NCBI GenBank assembly: GCA_038087875.1
Contig: CM075988.1
Coordinates: 5,332,001-5,396,000, forward strand
Length of the DNA: 64,000 bases
Direction: 5' to 3'
Source of the DNA: Malacoraja senta
Lineage: Eukaryota
Position numbers and translations under genes: made by a program. The notes under the pieces are model-generated. The model saw nothing but the letters and a program-made list of their open reading frames with translations. It searched no databases and was not told the DNA's origin. Below, in pieces: positions 25,901 to 36,515 of this stretch. Positions within the stretch are counted from its first letter, which is position 1, and every line of letters starts with the position of its first letter.

Positions 25901-26646
25901 TTCTCACGACTGAATTAATGGCAATTCAATGGGCTCTATGGTGGATTGAGGAAGCCAGTTTTAGAGAAGTCATTATCTGTTCTGATTCTGCAGCTGCTCT
26001 TGAAACTTTAAGAGTAGGGAAATCTAAAGCTCGTCCTGACATTCTAAATGAAATCTTGAGTGTGTTTTCTAGAATTGGGTTTGCGTGTAACATCACTTTT
26101 TGCTGGGTTCCCGGGCATGCTGGGGTGAGGGGGAATGAGCAGGTGGACCTCATAGCAAAGGAGAGTTTAAGAAGAGAAATAGATATCCATGTATCATTGG
26201 GGAGAGTGGAACTGAGAGAAATAATTAAAGAGGGCTTAACAAAAGAATGGCAGAGAGGATGGGAAATGGAAGTCAGGGGTAGACACTACTTTTCTATACA
26301 ATCTGAAGTTAGGAAAATATGTTTCTGTACATCTCTGTCCCGTAGGGACTCAGTTAAACTGTGTAGATTGAGGTTGGGACACTGTGGGTTAAATTACTAT
26401 TTGTGCATTGTAGGGAAACATGTTTCTGGCTTGTGTGAATGTGGGAGTAATGAGACAGTTAAGCATGTTTTCCTAGAATGTAAAAAGTATAGGGTAGAAA
26501 GAAAAGTATTATTTGTTAGACTGACAGGACTTGGGGTTGAGGCTTTTTCTGTTTTATCTTTGTTTGGACACAATGAGAAACATCAACTGATATCCAGGGC
26601 TGTTCTTCAATTCCTGCAAGTTACAGGACTGTATATAAGAATTTAG
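22909..26646 (+). CDS. LINE ORF2: APE endonuclease, reverse transcriptase, RNase H, C-terminal zinc finger (frame open from 22867; likely start M-FYILQWN at 22909)
   Basis: APE QWNARSL, IQETW, GDFNAH, SDHYPI; RT YRPIAL, DIEKAYD, PQGSVISP, FADD; RNase H FTDGS, ELMAI, CSDS, WVPGHAGVRGNE; CECGSNETVKHVFLEC. Confidence 0.96.
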   Translation: MFYILQWNARSLIGNGQELKRFVDEFKEAPELICIQETWLKPCLDFVIPGYECVRLDRSDRSGGGCATFVKTGLQYRKVDINSNLEVLAVEVWSSQNSIIVINYYNPCQPLILSDFDEIMEKVRCPVIWIGDFNAHNPLWGSDHRDKNGVIVEEFLDKYELVLLNDGRPSRYNIVRNTCSHIDLSIASSNLARIGEWDVMDRYTLGSDHYPILCRFGRDLKGEVEKKVPRYNFYQAKWDKFQEKAQSLVGEVNSEGSVDSWNTSISLMIHEAACCTIPVKQELRSRMSVPWWNKECDEAVRNRNIAYRKLRKYPILVNAMEYKRLRAVARRVVKDAKRNSWRKFCGTLGPETPVRHLWSAVRRMSGVYKRSLLPVLQKGEVVAVTNKEKADMCVDSFQAVHRLESMGVERCRKRIEMMAVNQWKLERSLVNDNTFNLFFTIKELKDAIMSGANTTPGRDRLSYELFKHLDDIVLDEILALFNTVWAEGYLPKEWKHAVVVPILKPGKEASDPSSYRPIALTAVLCKIMERMVTNRLVYFLETRGLFVDVQNGFRNGRSTMESVSVLDQDIKRAFRSKETVVSVFLDIEKAYDSLWKEGLMIKIFDLGIRGRMFNWIKDFLLNRTIQVMVGSVRSESVEIENGTPQGSVISPVLFNIMINDIFCKLERGFGLSLFADDGAIWKRGCNVEFVLKQIQRVLVSVEEWGNTWGFKISASKTKYMVFGFKRKLPKLGLYMYGSLLERVKVFKFLGVWFEERMTWAVHVGKIVLKCEKVLNVMRSLVGCEWGANRETMLLIYQAMIRSSLDYGCFVYGSASKTVLARLDVLQAKALRLCCGAFRTSPVPALIVEMGEMPLWLRRIKLGLHYWAKLCGCNDTFPARCLLQEVDDGNKYNTFFVVINQWARKLGLEQGGIIEHTIRLPVPYWVLPELFIELAFLQEKDKREVTPRIVEYLNSISESTLIVFTDGSKDPVSGRAGFGVYVEQLGLKIGRRISDGSSVLTTELMAIQWALWWIEEASFREVIICSDSAAALETLRVGKSKARPDILNEILSVFSRIGFACNITFCWVPGHAGVRGNEQVDLIAKESLRREIDIHVSLGRVELREIIKEGLTKEWQRGWEMEVRGRHYFSIQSEVRKICFCTSLSRRDSVKLCRLRLGHCGLNYYLCIVGKHVSGLCECGSNETVKHVFLECKKYRVERKVLFVRLTGLGVEAFSVLSLFGHNEKHQLISRAVLQFLQVTGLYIRI

Positions 26647-26740
26647 TTCAAACTTTGACCTGTGGAGGGCAGTAATACGCTTAGCAGCGTCTACACTGCC
26701 GGAATCCTACAAGAAGAAGAAGAAGAAGAATGGTGGATTC

Positions 26741-27560
26741 ACCATGTGTCCAGAAGTTATAGCAAGGTAATGCTTGACCAGCCTTCCATGATTTTGCAGA
26801 TGAATGTCAGTGCACTCGGGTGGGGTGTCACAGATACGAGTTTCAGCTGTGGAGGCAGATGGACTGAGCAAGAGGCATCGCTTCTGCAGACATGGGCCAT
26901 TAACTATTAAGAGGTTTTATGGACAAGGCTTATTGCTTTAACAAATGTATTTGCATGTTCAGTTTCAGATTGACAATACTACGCAAGTGGCATGTATATT
27001 AATCACATCGGTGGAATCAAGTCGGTATCTTGTGACAGATTGGCTAATCAAATTTGGGCCTGGTGCATTGAAAAATATATTTCAGCTATTTATCTACCAG
27101 GTAGATTCTACATAGTAGCAGACGCTAAGTCACGAAAGTTTCCATGACAACATAGATTGAATGTTGAACCAGGAGGTGTTCAATAATATAGTACTTAAAT
27201 ATGAATGCCAGATATCGATTTGTTTTGCATCAAGGTTCAACCATCAGCAGCCTAAATAGGTTTCATGGGAACCAGACCAGGTGGCAGTTGCAATTGATAC
27301 TTTGACATTGAGGTGGTATGTTTTATATATTTTCCTACCATTTTGCCTAATAGGTCGGAGTCTGCAAGAAATCAAGCAGGATGCCGCTTTGGGGGTGCTT
27401 GTAATACCTAATTGGCCGAATCAAGCATGGTTCCATTTGATGTTACAGTTAGGGATCCAACCTCTTTTTGGTGGTTCCCAAGCATAGGAATTGACTGGAG
27501 CATCCGCTAACACGGGAAAGTCATCTGTTATGTGATAGTATTGACTTGTTAATTTGCAGG
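26741..27560 (+). pseudogene. DIRS RNase H and methyltransferase-like domain remnant
   Basis: SALGWG, QIDNTT, IYLPG, IDLF..SRFNHQ, FLPFCLIGRSLQEIKQD..VIPNWPNQAWF. Confidence 0.8.
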
Positions 27561-28470
27561 TTTTAAGAAGGCCATACCTGGAGCAAGGACTGTCTGGGTG
27601 AACGGTGGACATGCTCACTGTAGCCTGGAGAAATACTCAAAAGGGATATATTACATGTAAAAAAATGGGAGCAATATTGTGTACAAAATAATATTAACTA
27701 TAGTACTGCAGGTATCGTGGATACTTTAGAGTTCCTGTTGACACTCTACGATGATAAGGGGCTCAGTTATAGCACCATTAATACAGCTTTAAGTGCTTTG
27801 TCCTCGTATGGTTTTGATGGGTTCAGGAAAGATCCTATTGAGTTTCATCATATCATAGCTGGATTGATGAAAGGAATTTCAACTCTAAACCTCCTAAACC
27901 CAGGTATATGGTGATCTGGGATGTAAGTGTGGTCCTCAAGATGCTTCAACAGTAGGTTCCTGTCATGTCTCTGAATTTGCCAAACTAATCATGAAAGTGG
28001 TTATGCTCATGGCATTGGTTCAGCATAGCAAGTGCAGATTTTGCAAAAGCTGCTGCTAGACAGGATGGAAGTTGCTGAAGAGAATGTTATGTTATATATT
28101 TGCGCCCTGCTCAAACAGAGCAGGCCAGGTGTCACAGGTTTGTTAAAATTGTGTTTCAGCATTATCTACTGATCCATGTTTATGTGTAATGGCACATTTA
28201 TTTTCATTATATTGAAGCTATAAAGACCTTAAGCAATGTGGAAACAGCATTGTTTATTAGTTACATGTAGCCACACAGGAGAGTGTCAGTGCAAGACTAT
28301 CTCAAGGTGGTTTAAAGCAAATGTTGATTCAGGCAGGAATTAACACCGAAGTGTATATATCCTTTTCCACTAGAGCAGCAGCAATGTCGTCGGCTAGGGC
28401 GATGGATGTTCACATCGGCCATATTCTTACAGGTGCCGGGTGGTCAAATGATTTTTTTTACTATCAGCTG
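27560..28470 (+). pseudogene. DIRS tyrosine recombinase remnant
   Basis: GLSYSTINTALSALS, WDVSVVL, FSTRAAAMSSA (H-S-T-R-like box) and ILTGAGWS..FFYY. Confidence 0.8.
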
Positions 28471-28705
28471 ATTGCCAATTGGCGAGAGGCTGTTTGCAAA
28501 TTCAGGATTAAGTCCTGTTTAGTTTCCCCTGGGATAGAGGGGTTACTGTTTGTTTTGATTATTCAAATCAATTGTTACTGCATGATATTCACATTTCATG
28601 TTTAACGCATTATTGATTGTTTCTCATCGAAAGTCAATCAATGCAGTGATAAGCCGGGATTTGGATCTGCGGCATAAAAGCACAGAGCTTTGAACCCTTC
28701 GTGAA

Positions 28706-28797
28706 CTCACGTGACTCCGAAGTAAAATAGTAAGATTAAACGAGAACTTACCAAGTTTGATCTTTATTTTATGAGGAGTTACGTTGGTGATTACGTG
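28706..28797 (+). repeat. DIRS internal complementary region (ICR)
   Basis: First part is the reverse complement of the element 5' end (attttacttcggagtcacgtgag); second part is the reverse complement of the element 3' end. Confidence 0.9.
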
Positions 28798-28916
28798 CCG
28801 GCCACGCCCAACCCTCTCTCATAAAAAAGGTCATATGGTAGTTCTCATGTTGCTCATCTTAATATGTTACTTTAAATATTGTGTTGTCTGTGATTTCATA
28901 CCGCAGCTTTGAAGAT

Positions 28917-29025
28917 TGACGCGCATGCGCCCTGACTGGTCTTCTTCACGTAATCACCAACGTAACTCCTCATAAAATAAAGATCAAACTTCAAACTTGG
29001 TAAGTTCTCGTCTAATTTTACTATT
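28917..29025 (+). repeat. DIRS right ITR plus 3' extension
   Basis: Complementary to the left ITR and to the ICR. Confidence 0.9.
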
Positions 29026-29501
29026 AAACATATAATCAAACACTGAAGACCACCGAGTTAAGAGAAATTCAGTCAGGAAGAGACACCTGATCAAAATGAA
29101 AGAGCCAAATGACTGATAAAGCTGCCGTAAATCTGAATCAGAATTCATTTTGACGCAGTAATACCTTTCAGAAATTAATTGAACAACAATGATTAAATAG
29201 ATATAAAATCTGAAAATAGTGCAACTCCGAAAGCATCTGTGCATTAGGCAGTATACACAGTTCCCAATATATCAGCGATGCTTCTGACAAACGAAGCACA
29301 GAACAACATATTAAAAGGAGTATCGAATAGTCATATTAAATAGAATGTCAAGCTTGGTGGTGACTTTAAACTCCATCCATATTTTCCACAAGTGCTGCTT
29401 TCTATTTTTCCCATGTTCCCTTTATGCCTCGACTCAACCATAAGTATTCTAATTACGATGCAACTAAAGAACTGGTTACATTAGGAAACCTTTCATGCTG
29501 T

Positions 29502-29504
<3 letters not shown>

Positions 29505-29549
<45 letters not shown>

Positions 29550-29573
29550 ACACCCCACACACCCCACACACAC
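29505..29573. repeat. (CA)n microsatellite
   Basis: Direct inspection. Confidence 0.95.
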
Positions 29574-30829
29574 AGAGAGAGAGCCACATTAATGCCAGCT
29601 GGAGATCATCGCTAATGAGTGAGCTGGACCAACCAGCTATTTCCGCGTGCCTGGTCTACAACCCAGGGGCCTGAATATTGAATTCTCCATTTACAGGCAA
29701 CCCATAGCCTCTCTTCTTTCCTCCTCTACCCTGCTACTCTCACACACACAACTTACGTCCCACCTTATCCCCCAGCCACCTATCACCCTGTTTCTTTCAA
29801 CCCCCCTCCCCCACATCATCTCACCCCCCTCTCCTCTCTCCATAGTTTCTGACTGCCACCACTCCTCCTCATTCAGTTTCACTCTTCACCTTAGAACACA
29901 AAATGGTGGCAGCATGGTGGCGCACCGGTAGAGTTGCAGCCTTACAGCGCCAGAGTGTGTCGGATAGTGCAAGTGTGCGAGGATCACTGGTCAACGCGGA
30001 CTCAGTGGGCCGAAGGGACTGTTGCTGCGCTGTATCTTTAAATTAAACTAAAACTAAAGTCAACGGGTCAGGCAGCCTCTCTGGAGGACATGGATGGGCA
30101 ATGAGACTGATCGGCTTCGGGCTACAGGGTCCCGAGCCAAAATGTTGCCTACCCAATGACCTCCAGAGATGGTACATGACCCGTTGAGTTATTCCAGCAC
30201 TTTGTGGTTCATGCAAGAATCCAGCATCTGCAGTTCCTTGCATCTCCACTCCTCATCTCCATTTCCTAACAGACTCCAGAATTTAGCCACGGGGAAGAGG
30301 AACCAGAAGTTAGTTGATCCTTAGACGGATAGTTACAGATGACGCTGAGACAGCACCAAAGAAAACAAAAGTAGAAAGTTGGGAGGGAGAAAAATATAAT
30401 TTGCTCAAAATCTTATAAGATTGGTTGTTGTTTGCTGAATTAAACACTCGGGGTCAGAACACAGAAAACAGCTGGCGATCGCGAGGGAAATTAGCAAAAT
30501 GATTATTAATTTATGGATAAATTACTATAAAAACTCTAATAGTTAACTCCCTGCTACTTTCTCCACGACCATCACAAGGGCTAATGGAAACATAATTGTC
30601 TTCATGAGCTGTTATTTGTTCACATTTAAAATATCATTAAATGTTATTGAAATATAATATGATTCAAATGTTTTAGGCATTTCAATTCCAGTTTGGTTGT
30701 AGTTAACCCAACTTTCACGGTTTACAGGAGATTTTCGTGGTCTGTCGTACAGAAAAAAATAACTATTCTAAAACATCTTCTCAATCTTAATTTTTTCACA
30801 GACTGCAAACTCTGCCAATCGCTTCATTT

Positions 30830-31133
30830 GTTTAGTTTAGAGATGCAGGTGGAAACAGGCGCTTTGGCCCATCGAGTCTGCACCGACAAGCAATCACCCC
30901 GTACACTAGCACTATTCCACACACACTAGGGGCAATTTACAATTTACCAAAGCCATTTAACCTACAAACCTGTACTTCTTTGCAATGTGGGAGGAAACCT
31001 GAGCACCAGGAGGAAACCCACGCAGTCACCGGGAGAACGTACACACTCAGTACAGACAGCACCCATAGTCATGATTGAACCTGGGTCTCTGAAGTGTAAG
31101 GCAGCAACTCTACTGCTGTACCACTATGCCACC
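30830..31133 (-). mobile_element. HE1-like V-SINE
   Basis: Same consensus as the other copies. Confidence 0.85.
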
Positions 31134-31144
31134 CTTATCAGTTC

Positions 31145-31550
31145 TACAGAATCAATTTCAAGCTCCTCCTATATGTATACAAAGCCCTTAACGGGCTTGC
31201 CCCCACCAACATCAAAAATCTGCTAACCCACCATTCTACCTCCAGGTCCCTCTGGTCGGCCGACTTGGGGCTACTGACTATCCTACGGTTGAGATATAAG
31301 CTCAGGGGCGACCGCGCTTTTGCGGTTGCAGCACCTAGACTGTGGAACAGCATCCCTCTTCTCATCAGAACTGCCCCCTCCATCGACTCCTTTAAGTCTA
31401 GGCTTAAAACCTATTTCTACTCACAAGCGTTTCTTGAGGTCCTCTGAGGGAGCGCTGTATGTATGTATTTATGTATGTATTGTTAGAACTATGTACCATT
31501 GTATGTAGCACTTTGGTCAACAAGAGTTGTTTTTAAATGTGCTATAGAAA
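31145..31550 (+). mobile_element. L2 LINE 3' fragment
   Basis: LRGDRAFAVAAPRLWNSIPLLIRTAPSIDSFKSRLKTYF, nearly identical to the 17110-17930 copy. Confidence 0.9.
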
Positions 31551-31744
31551 TAGAAATTTTAAAAAAGTTCTTATTAGTTCTATTTCTTCAGAGTGTGTAT
31601 CGACCTGTAAATCATTCATTCAGTAGGTATGAAGAAAGGTCCTGACCCGAAAAATCCCTTGTCCTGTCTAAACCTGAACAGACCTGAAACATTGTTTTTC
31701 TATGTTCTCCAGAGATGCTGCCTGACCCATTGAGCTTATTTTAT

Positions 31745-32213
31745 TTTAGTTCGGAGTTTAGAGGTACAGCGCGGAAAGCGGCCCGAGTCTGCACAGATCA
31801 GTGATCCCCACGCACGAACACCATCCTACACAAACAATTTACAATTGGGACAATTTAACCAAGCCAATTAGCCTACAAACCTGTACGTCTTTGGAGTGTG
31901 GGATAAAACCGAAGATCTCGGAGAAAACCCACGGCAGGTCACAGATCAAATCCAGGTGTCTTGCGCTGTAAAGGGCCTGTCCCACTTATGCAACCTTTAC
32001 AGGCGACTGCCACGACCCGTGATAGGTCGTGAGAGGTCTCCTATGGTCGTGAGAGGTCTCCAAAGAGTTGTGGCGTCTTTCTGGTTGCTGCTGAGTTTTC
32101 AACATGTTGAAAATTTCAGCAACCTATCACGGGTTGCGGCAGTCGCCTGTAAAGGTGGCGTAAGTGGGACAGGCCCTTAAGGCAGCAACTCTACCGCTGC
32201 ACCACCATGCCAC
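31745..32213 (-). mobile_element. HE1-like V-SINE interrupted by a MITE
   Basis: gcgctg-TAA-[MITE]-TAA-ggcagcaactctaccgc. Confidence 0.85.
31972..32177. mobile_element. PIF/Harbinger-type MITE (206 bp)
   Basis: TIRs agggcctgtcccactta and taagtgggacaggccct with extended internal palindrome; TAA TSD at 31969-31971 and 32178-32180. Confidence 0.9.
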
Positions 32214-32609
32214 CCATGTTACTGCAGCATTTTGTGATCCACGCTAGATTCCAGCATGTCCAGTTACTTGTGTCTACACATAGCTCCAATGTTATTGTCA
32301 ATATTGCTCATGTAAAATGTCAGCTCCTCGATCTCTCCACATCAATACTCCACATACTCTATTTCCTTCTCCCAAATTAGATAACCTTCACTTGCGTACG
32401 TTGTAAATAATTTGCTTCTACACTATGTTTGTGTCTCTTTGTACTTGGATGCAATCTTGGTCATATTTAACGCAGCCTTCACCCTGCCATCCCTGATTTT
32501 TTTTTTGTTTCTATATTTTTAATTTTAAGTTGCAATAAAGCCATTCACTAAACTTAATGTGAGAGGAAAACCATCCTGCAGAGGTTCAAGAAGGATGTCA
32601 TTGAGCTGA

Positions 32610-33545
32610 AGATTGACACAACAAGCTGGAGTAACTCAGCGGGACAAGACGGCATCTCTGGAGAAAAGGATGTTTCAGGTTGAGAGCCTTCTTCAGACCG
32701 AGAGCCAGGGGAAAGGGAAACGAGAGATATAGACAGTGATGTGAAGAGATATAGAACACCTGAATGGAAGATATGCAAAAAAGTAATGATGATAAAGGAA
32801 ACAGGCCACTGTTAGCCATGGGTGAGGTGAAAATGAGTTACAGACAATACAGACACAACAAAGGTAGACAAAAATGCTGGAGAAACTCAGCAGGTGAGGC
32901 AACATGTATGGAACAAAGGATTTCCTTCACTCCATAAATGCTGCCTCATCCGCTGAGCTTCTCCAGCATTTTTGTCTCCATCGATTTTCCAGCATCTGCA
33001 GTTCCTTCTTAAGCATGAGACACAACAAGGTGATTTGGAACTAGCAGGACTGGGTAGGGGAGAGAAGGAGAAATAGAGAATGCAAAGGTTACTTGAAGTT
33101 AGAGAAATCAAGAGTCATACTGCTGTGGTGTAGGCTGCCCAAGCGAAATATGAGGCGCTGTTCCTCCAATTTGCTTTTGGTTTCACTCTAACAATGGAGG
33201 AGGCCTATGACAGAAAGATCAGTGTGGGAATGGGAAGGGGAATTAAAGTGTTTGACAACCAAGAGATCGGGTAGTTTAAGAAGGAACTGCAGATGCTGGA
33301 AAATCCCAGGTACACAAAAATGGTGGAGAAACTCAGCGGGTGCAGCAGCATCTATGGAGCGAAGGAAATGGGCAACGTTTCGGGCCGAAACCCTTCTTCA
33401 GAGATCAGGTAGGTCCAGGCAGACTGAGCGAAGATGTTCAGAGAAACGATCTCCCAGTCTACGTTTGGTCTCGCCGATAGGAGTCCACATCTTGAATAAC
33501 GGACTCAGTAGATGAGGTTGCAGGAGGTGCAAATGAACCTCTGCC
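32610..33545 (-). mobile_element. Nested PLE fragments including a GIY-YIG remnant
   Basis: IGETKRRLGDRFSEHLRSV on the minus strand; several PLE end motifs. Confidence 0.8.
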
Positions 33546-34289
33546 TCACTTGAGCTGGAAAGCTGGTTGAGCTGGAAAGGGTGCAGAGGGTGTTGCCCGG
33601 CCCTTGAGGGCCTGAACTTTTGGAAGAGGCTAAGCAGCCGCTTTACACCCTTGCAGCGCAGGAGGCCGAGGGGTGATCTTACAGAGGTGTACAAAATCAT
33701 GAGAGGAATTGATAACTTCCCGCGTCACTGTCCTCGTATTTACCATAATATCCATAGAAACTCATAATGCTCATTTTAATTTTATACAGTGTTTTTTCTC
33801 AAAATCAATTTTTATTCTTCGTATTCAGCTCTTTAGTCTTTCACTAGTGGATTCTAAAATGGTCCCGGTCTTCTGGTCTACCACCAGTCTTTGAATTGTT
33901 TATGTCTTGATAGACAATCTAACATTGTCCTTGATCTCTTTAGTTAACGTGCTTCTTTCTTATGGAATCTCTCTTTTTATTTTGGGACAACCCCCCCACC
34001 CCCGGCTGGTGGGTTCGATGAGGAGGAGGAATGTTGGAGACGGGACTAATCCTTCTCAAAGAAAAAGGCCCAGAGGCGGAAGCGACTGATGAAAAGCTTC
34101 ACATTATGGTGGCCCTTGAATTTATTGAGTTTTCAGTTTAATTTAATATGCCCTTTGGGCAGTTACTGATTTAGGAATGGTGTAGAGAGATGCAGGTCAT
34201 CCTTAACTATCCGCCTAAGGACCAACTAATGTCTGGTTGCTCTTCCCTGTGGCTATTTTGCTCCAGTCATTTCTGATTTGACGGCAGTG

Positions 34290-34710
34290 GACCTGTACTC
34301 GCTGGAGTTTAGAAGAATGAGGGGGGACCTCATTGAAACGTACTGAATTGTAAAAGGCTTGGATAGAGTGGGTGCGGCGACGATGTTTCCACTAGTGGGA
34401 GAGTAGGACCAGAGGTTATAGTTTCAGAATTAAAGGACATTCTTTTAGGAAGGAGATGAGGAGGAATTTCTTTAGTCAGAGGGTGGTGAATCTGTGGAAT
34501 TCTTTGCCACAGATGGCAGTGGAGGCCAAGTCAGCGAATATATTTTAGGCAGAGATAGACAGATTCTTGATTAGTACAGGTGCCAAAGATTATTTTGAGA
34601 AAGCAGGAGAATGGGGTTAGGAGGGAGAGATAGATCATCCACGATTGATTGGCGGAGTAGACTTGATGGGCCGAATTGCCTAATTCTGCTCCTTTCACTA
34701 ATCATCTTAT
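34290..34710 (+). mobile_element. CR1 3' fragment
   Basis: ctggagtttagaagaatgagggggg..cagagggtggtgaatctgtggaattct consensus. Confidence 0.8.
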
Positions 34711-36144
34711 GATTTTTCACTCAGTTTCAGCAAAGTGGTCGTAATTTCTGGGTAATCTGCACACAGGTGGAAATCTTGGCCTGATTGGCCAAGCTCCATC
34801 ACACAAACCAACCTCCCTTCCATCGACTCCATCTACACCCCACGCACCCCAGCCACTCCCTAATGCAAGCAAATTAGATTAGAGTGGATAGGCCATCATA
34901 GACATCACGGATCAACGTTCATGGAAACGTTGCCTATTTCCTCCGCTCCATATATGCTGCCTCACCCGCTGAATTTCTCCAGCATTTTTGTCTATCACGG
35001 ATCAAGTGATATCTCAAGAAAGATTACAGGCAACAGAAGCAAACACACAACATGGCCTTTCTCTATCTTAACGACGCCTTTGCCTCCATCCATCAGGTGG
35101 GACTGTGGAACATCCTCTTTACATGTGGCTGCCTGTCGAAATTTATTTCTGTCCGACACTTCTATCTGTTGTACTTGAGTTTAACTTGATTGTATTTATG
35201 TAAAATATTAACTGATCCATGGATAACATGCAAAACAAAGCTTTTCACTGTACCTCGATACACATGACAATAATAAAACTAAAACAAGAACATAACTTAT
35301 TGCTCAGTGTTACAGACCCTGCCATTTGGATAACCGCCACTGGTCATCTACTGTACAAAATCATGCTGGGAATAAATAGGGTGCATGCACAGAGTCTTTT
35401 ATCCAGGTCAGCGGAATCAAGAACCAGAGGACATAGGTTTAAGATAAGAGGGTAAATATTTAATAGGATCCTGAGGGGTTCTCAGAGGGTGGTGGGTGTA
35501 TGGAACGAACAGCCAGAGGAGGTAGTTGAGGCAAGTAATATAAAAACATTTAAAAGACACTTGGACGTACATGGATAGGAAAGGTTTAGAGGGATATGGG
35601 CGAAAATGGGACTAGCGTAGATGAGGCCTCTTCATTGGCATGGATGTGGGCCGAAGGTCCTGTACAACTCTATGACTCTCTAACATGTCTCAACCTACAG
35701 CACTCTATGTTAAAATGTAACCCGTTAACATTTGTGCCAATATCTCTTCCCCTCTATCTCCTACTCTGAAGGTAGCTTGACATATTTCCACAAAATCACG
35801 GTTTCACGGCACAGTGGCGTCACAGTAGAGTTGCGGCCTTACAGCACCAGAAAGAAGGGTTCGATCCAGACTACGGGTGCTGTCTGTACGGAGTTTGTAT
35901 GTTCTCCCCACGACCTGCGTGTTTTTTCTCCAAAATCTTCGGTTTCCTCTCACACCCCAAAGACGTACAGGTTTGTATGTGGCGTCTCGGGTTGAGACCC
36001 TTCTTCAGACTGCCTGACCTGTTATTCCAGCATTTTGTGTCTATCTTCGTTGTAAACCAGCATAGGCATTTCTTTCCTATATGGAAAAAACACTCATTTT
36101 ATTTCATCAAATGCATTTTCCCACAGTTCTCCAACCGGTCTTAC

Positions 36145-36515
36145 CGTGGATAAGCTTTTCCCATTGAGAGTAGGGAAGATTCAAACAAGGGGACATGATT
36201 TGAGAATTAAGGGACAGAAGTTTAGGGGGAACATTAGGGGGAACTTCTTTACTCAGAGAGTGGTAGCTGTGTGGAATGAGCTTCCAGTGGAAGTGGTGGA
36301 GGCAGGTTCGATGTTATCCTTTAAAAATAGATTGGATGGGTATATGGACGGGAAAGGAATGGAGGGTTATGGTCTGAGTGCAGGTAGATGGGACTAGGGG
36401 GAAGTATTTATTTTTAATTTAAAAAAATTTTTTTAAATGTTCGGCACGGACTTGAAGGGCCGAGATGGCCTGTTTCCGTGCTGTTATGGTTATATGGTTA
36501 TATGGTTATATGGTC
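36145..36515 (+). mobile_element. CR1 3' fragment
   Basis: KLFPLRVGKIQTRGHDLRIKG..NFFTQRVVAVWNELP; (GGTTATAT)n tail. Confidence 0.85.

Larger units (their letters stand above)
21584..26728 (+). mobile_element. Full-length I-group (Nimb-like) non-LTR retrotransposon
   Basis: Two intact ORFs, 3' hairpin, (AAG)n tail, perfect TSD aatggtggattc at 21572-21583 and 26729-26740. Confidence 0.95.
19244..29025 (+). mobile_element. DIRS1-type tyrosine-recombinase retrotransposon, decayed, with a nested LINE
   Basis: Left ITR, right ITR with extension, ICR, ATT at both ends; remnants of gag, RT (IAYLDDILI), RNase H, methyltransferase-like and YR domains. Confidence 0.92.

Noticed and set aside
21962..26153. 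Antisense ORFs within the intact LINE
   Set aside because: Shadow frames of ORF1 and ORF2 with no motifs
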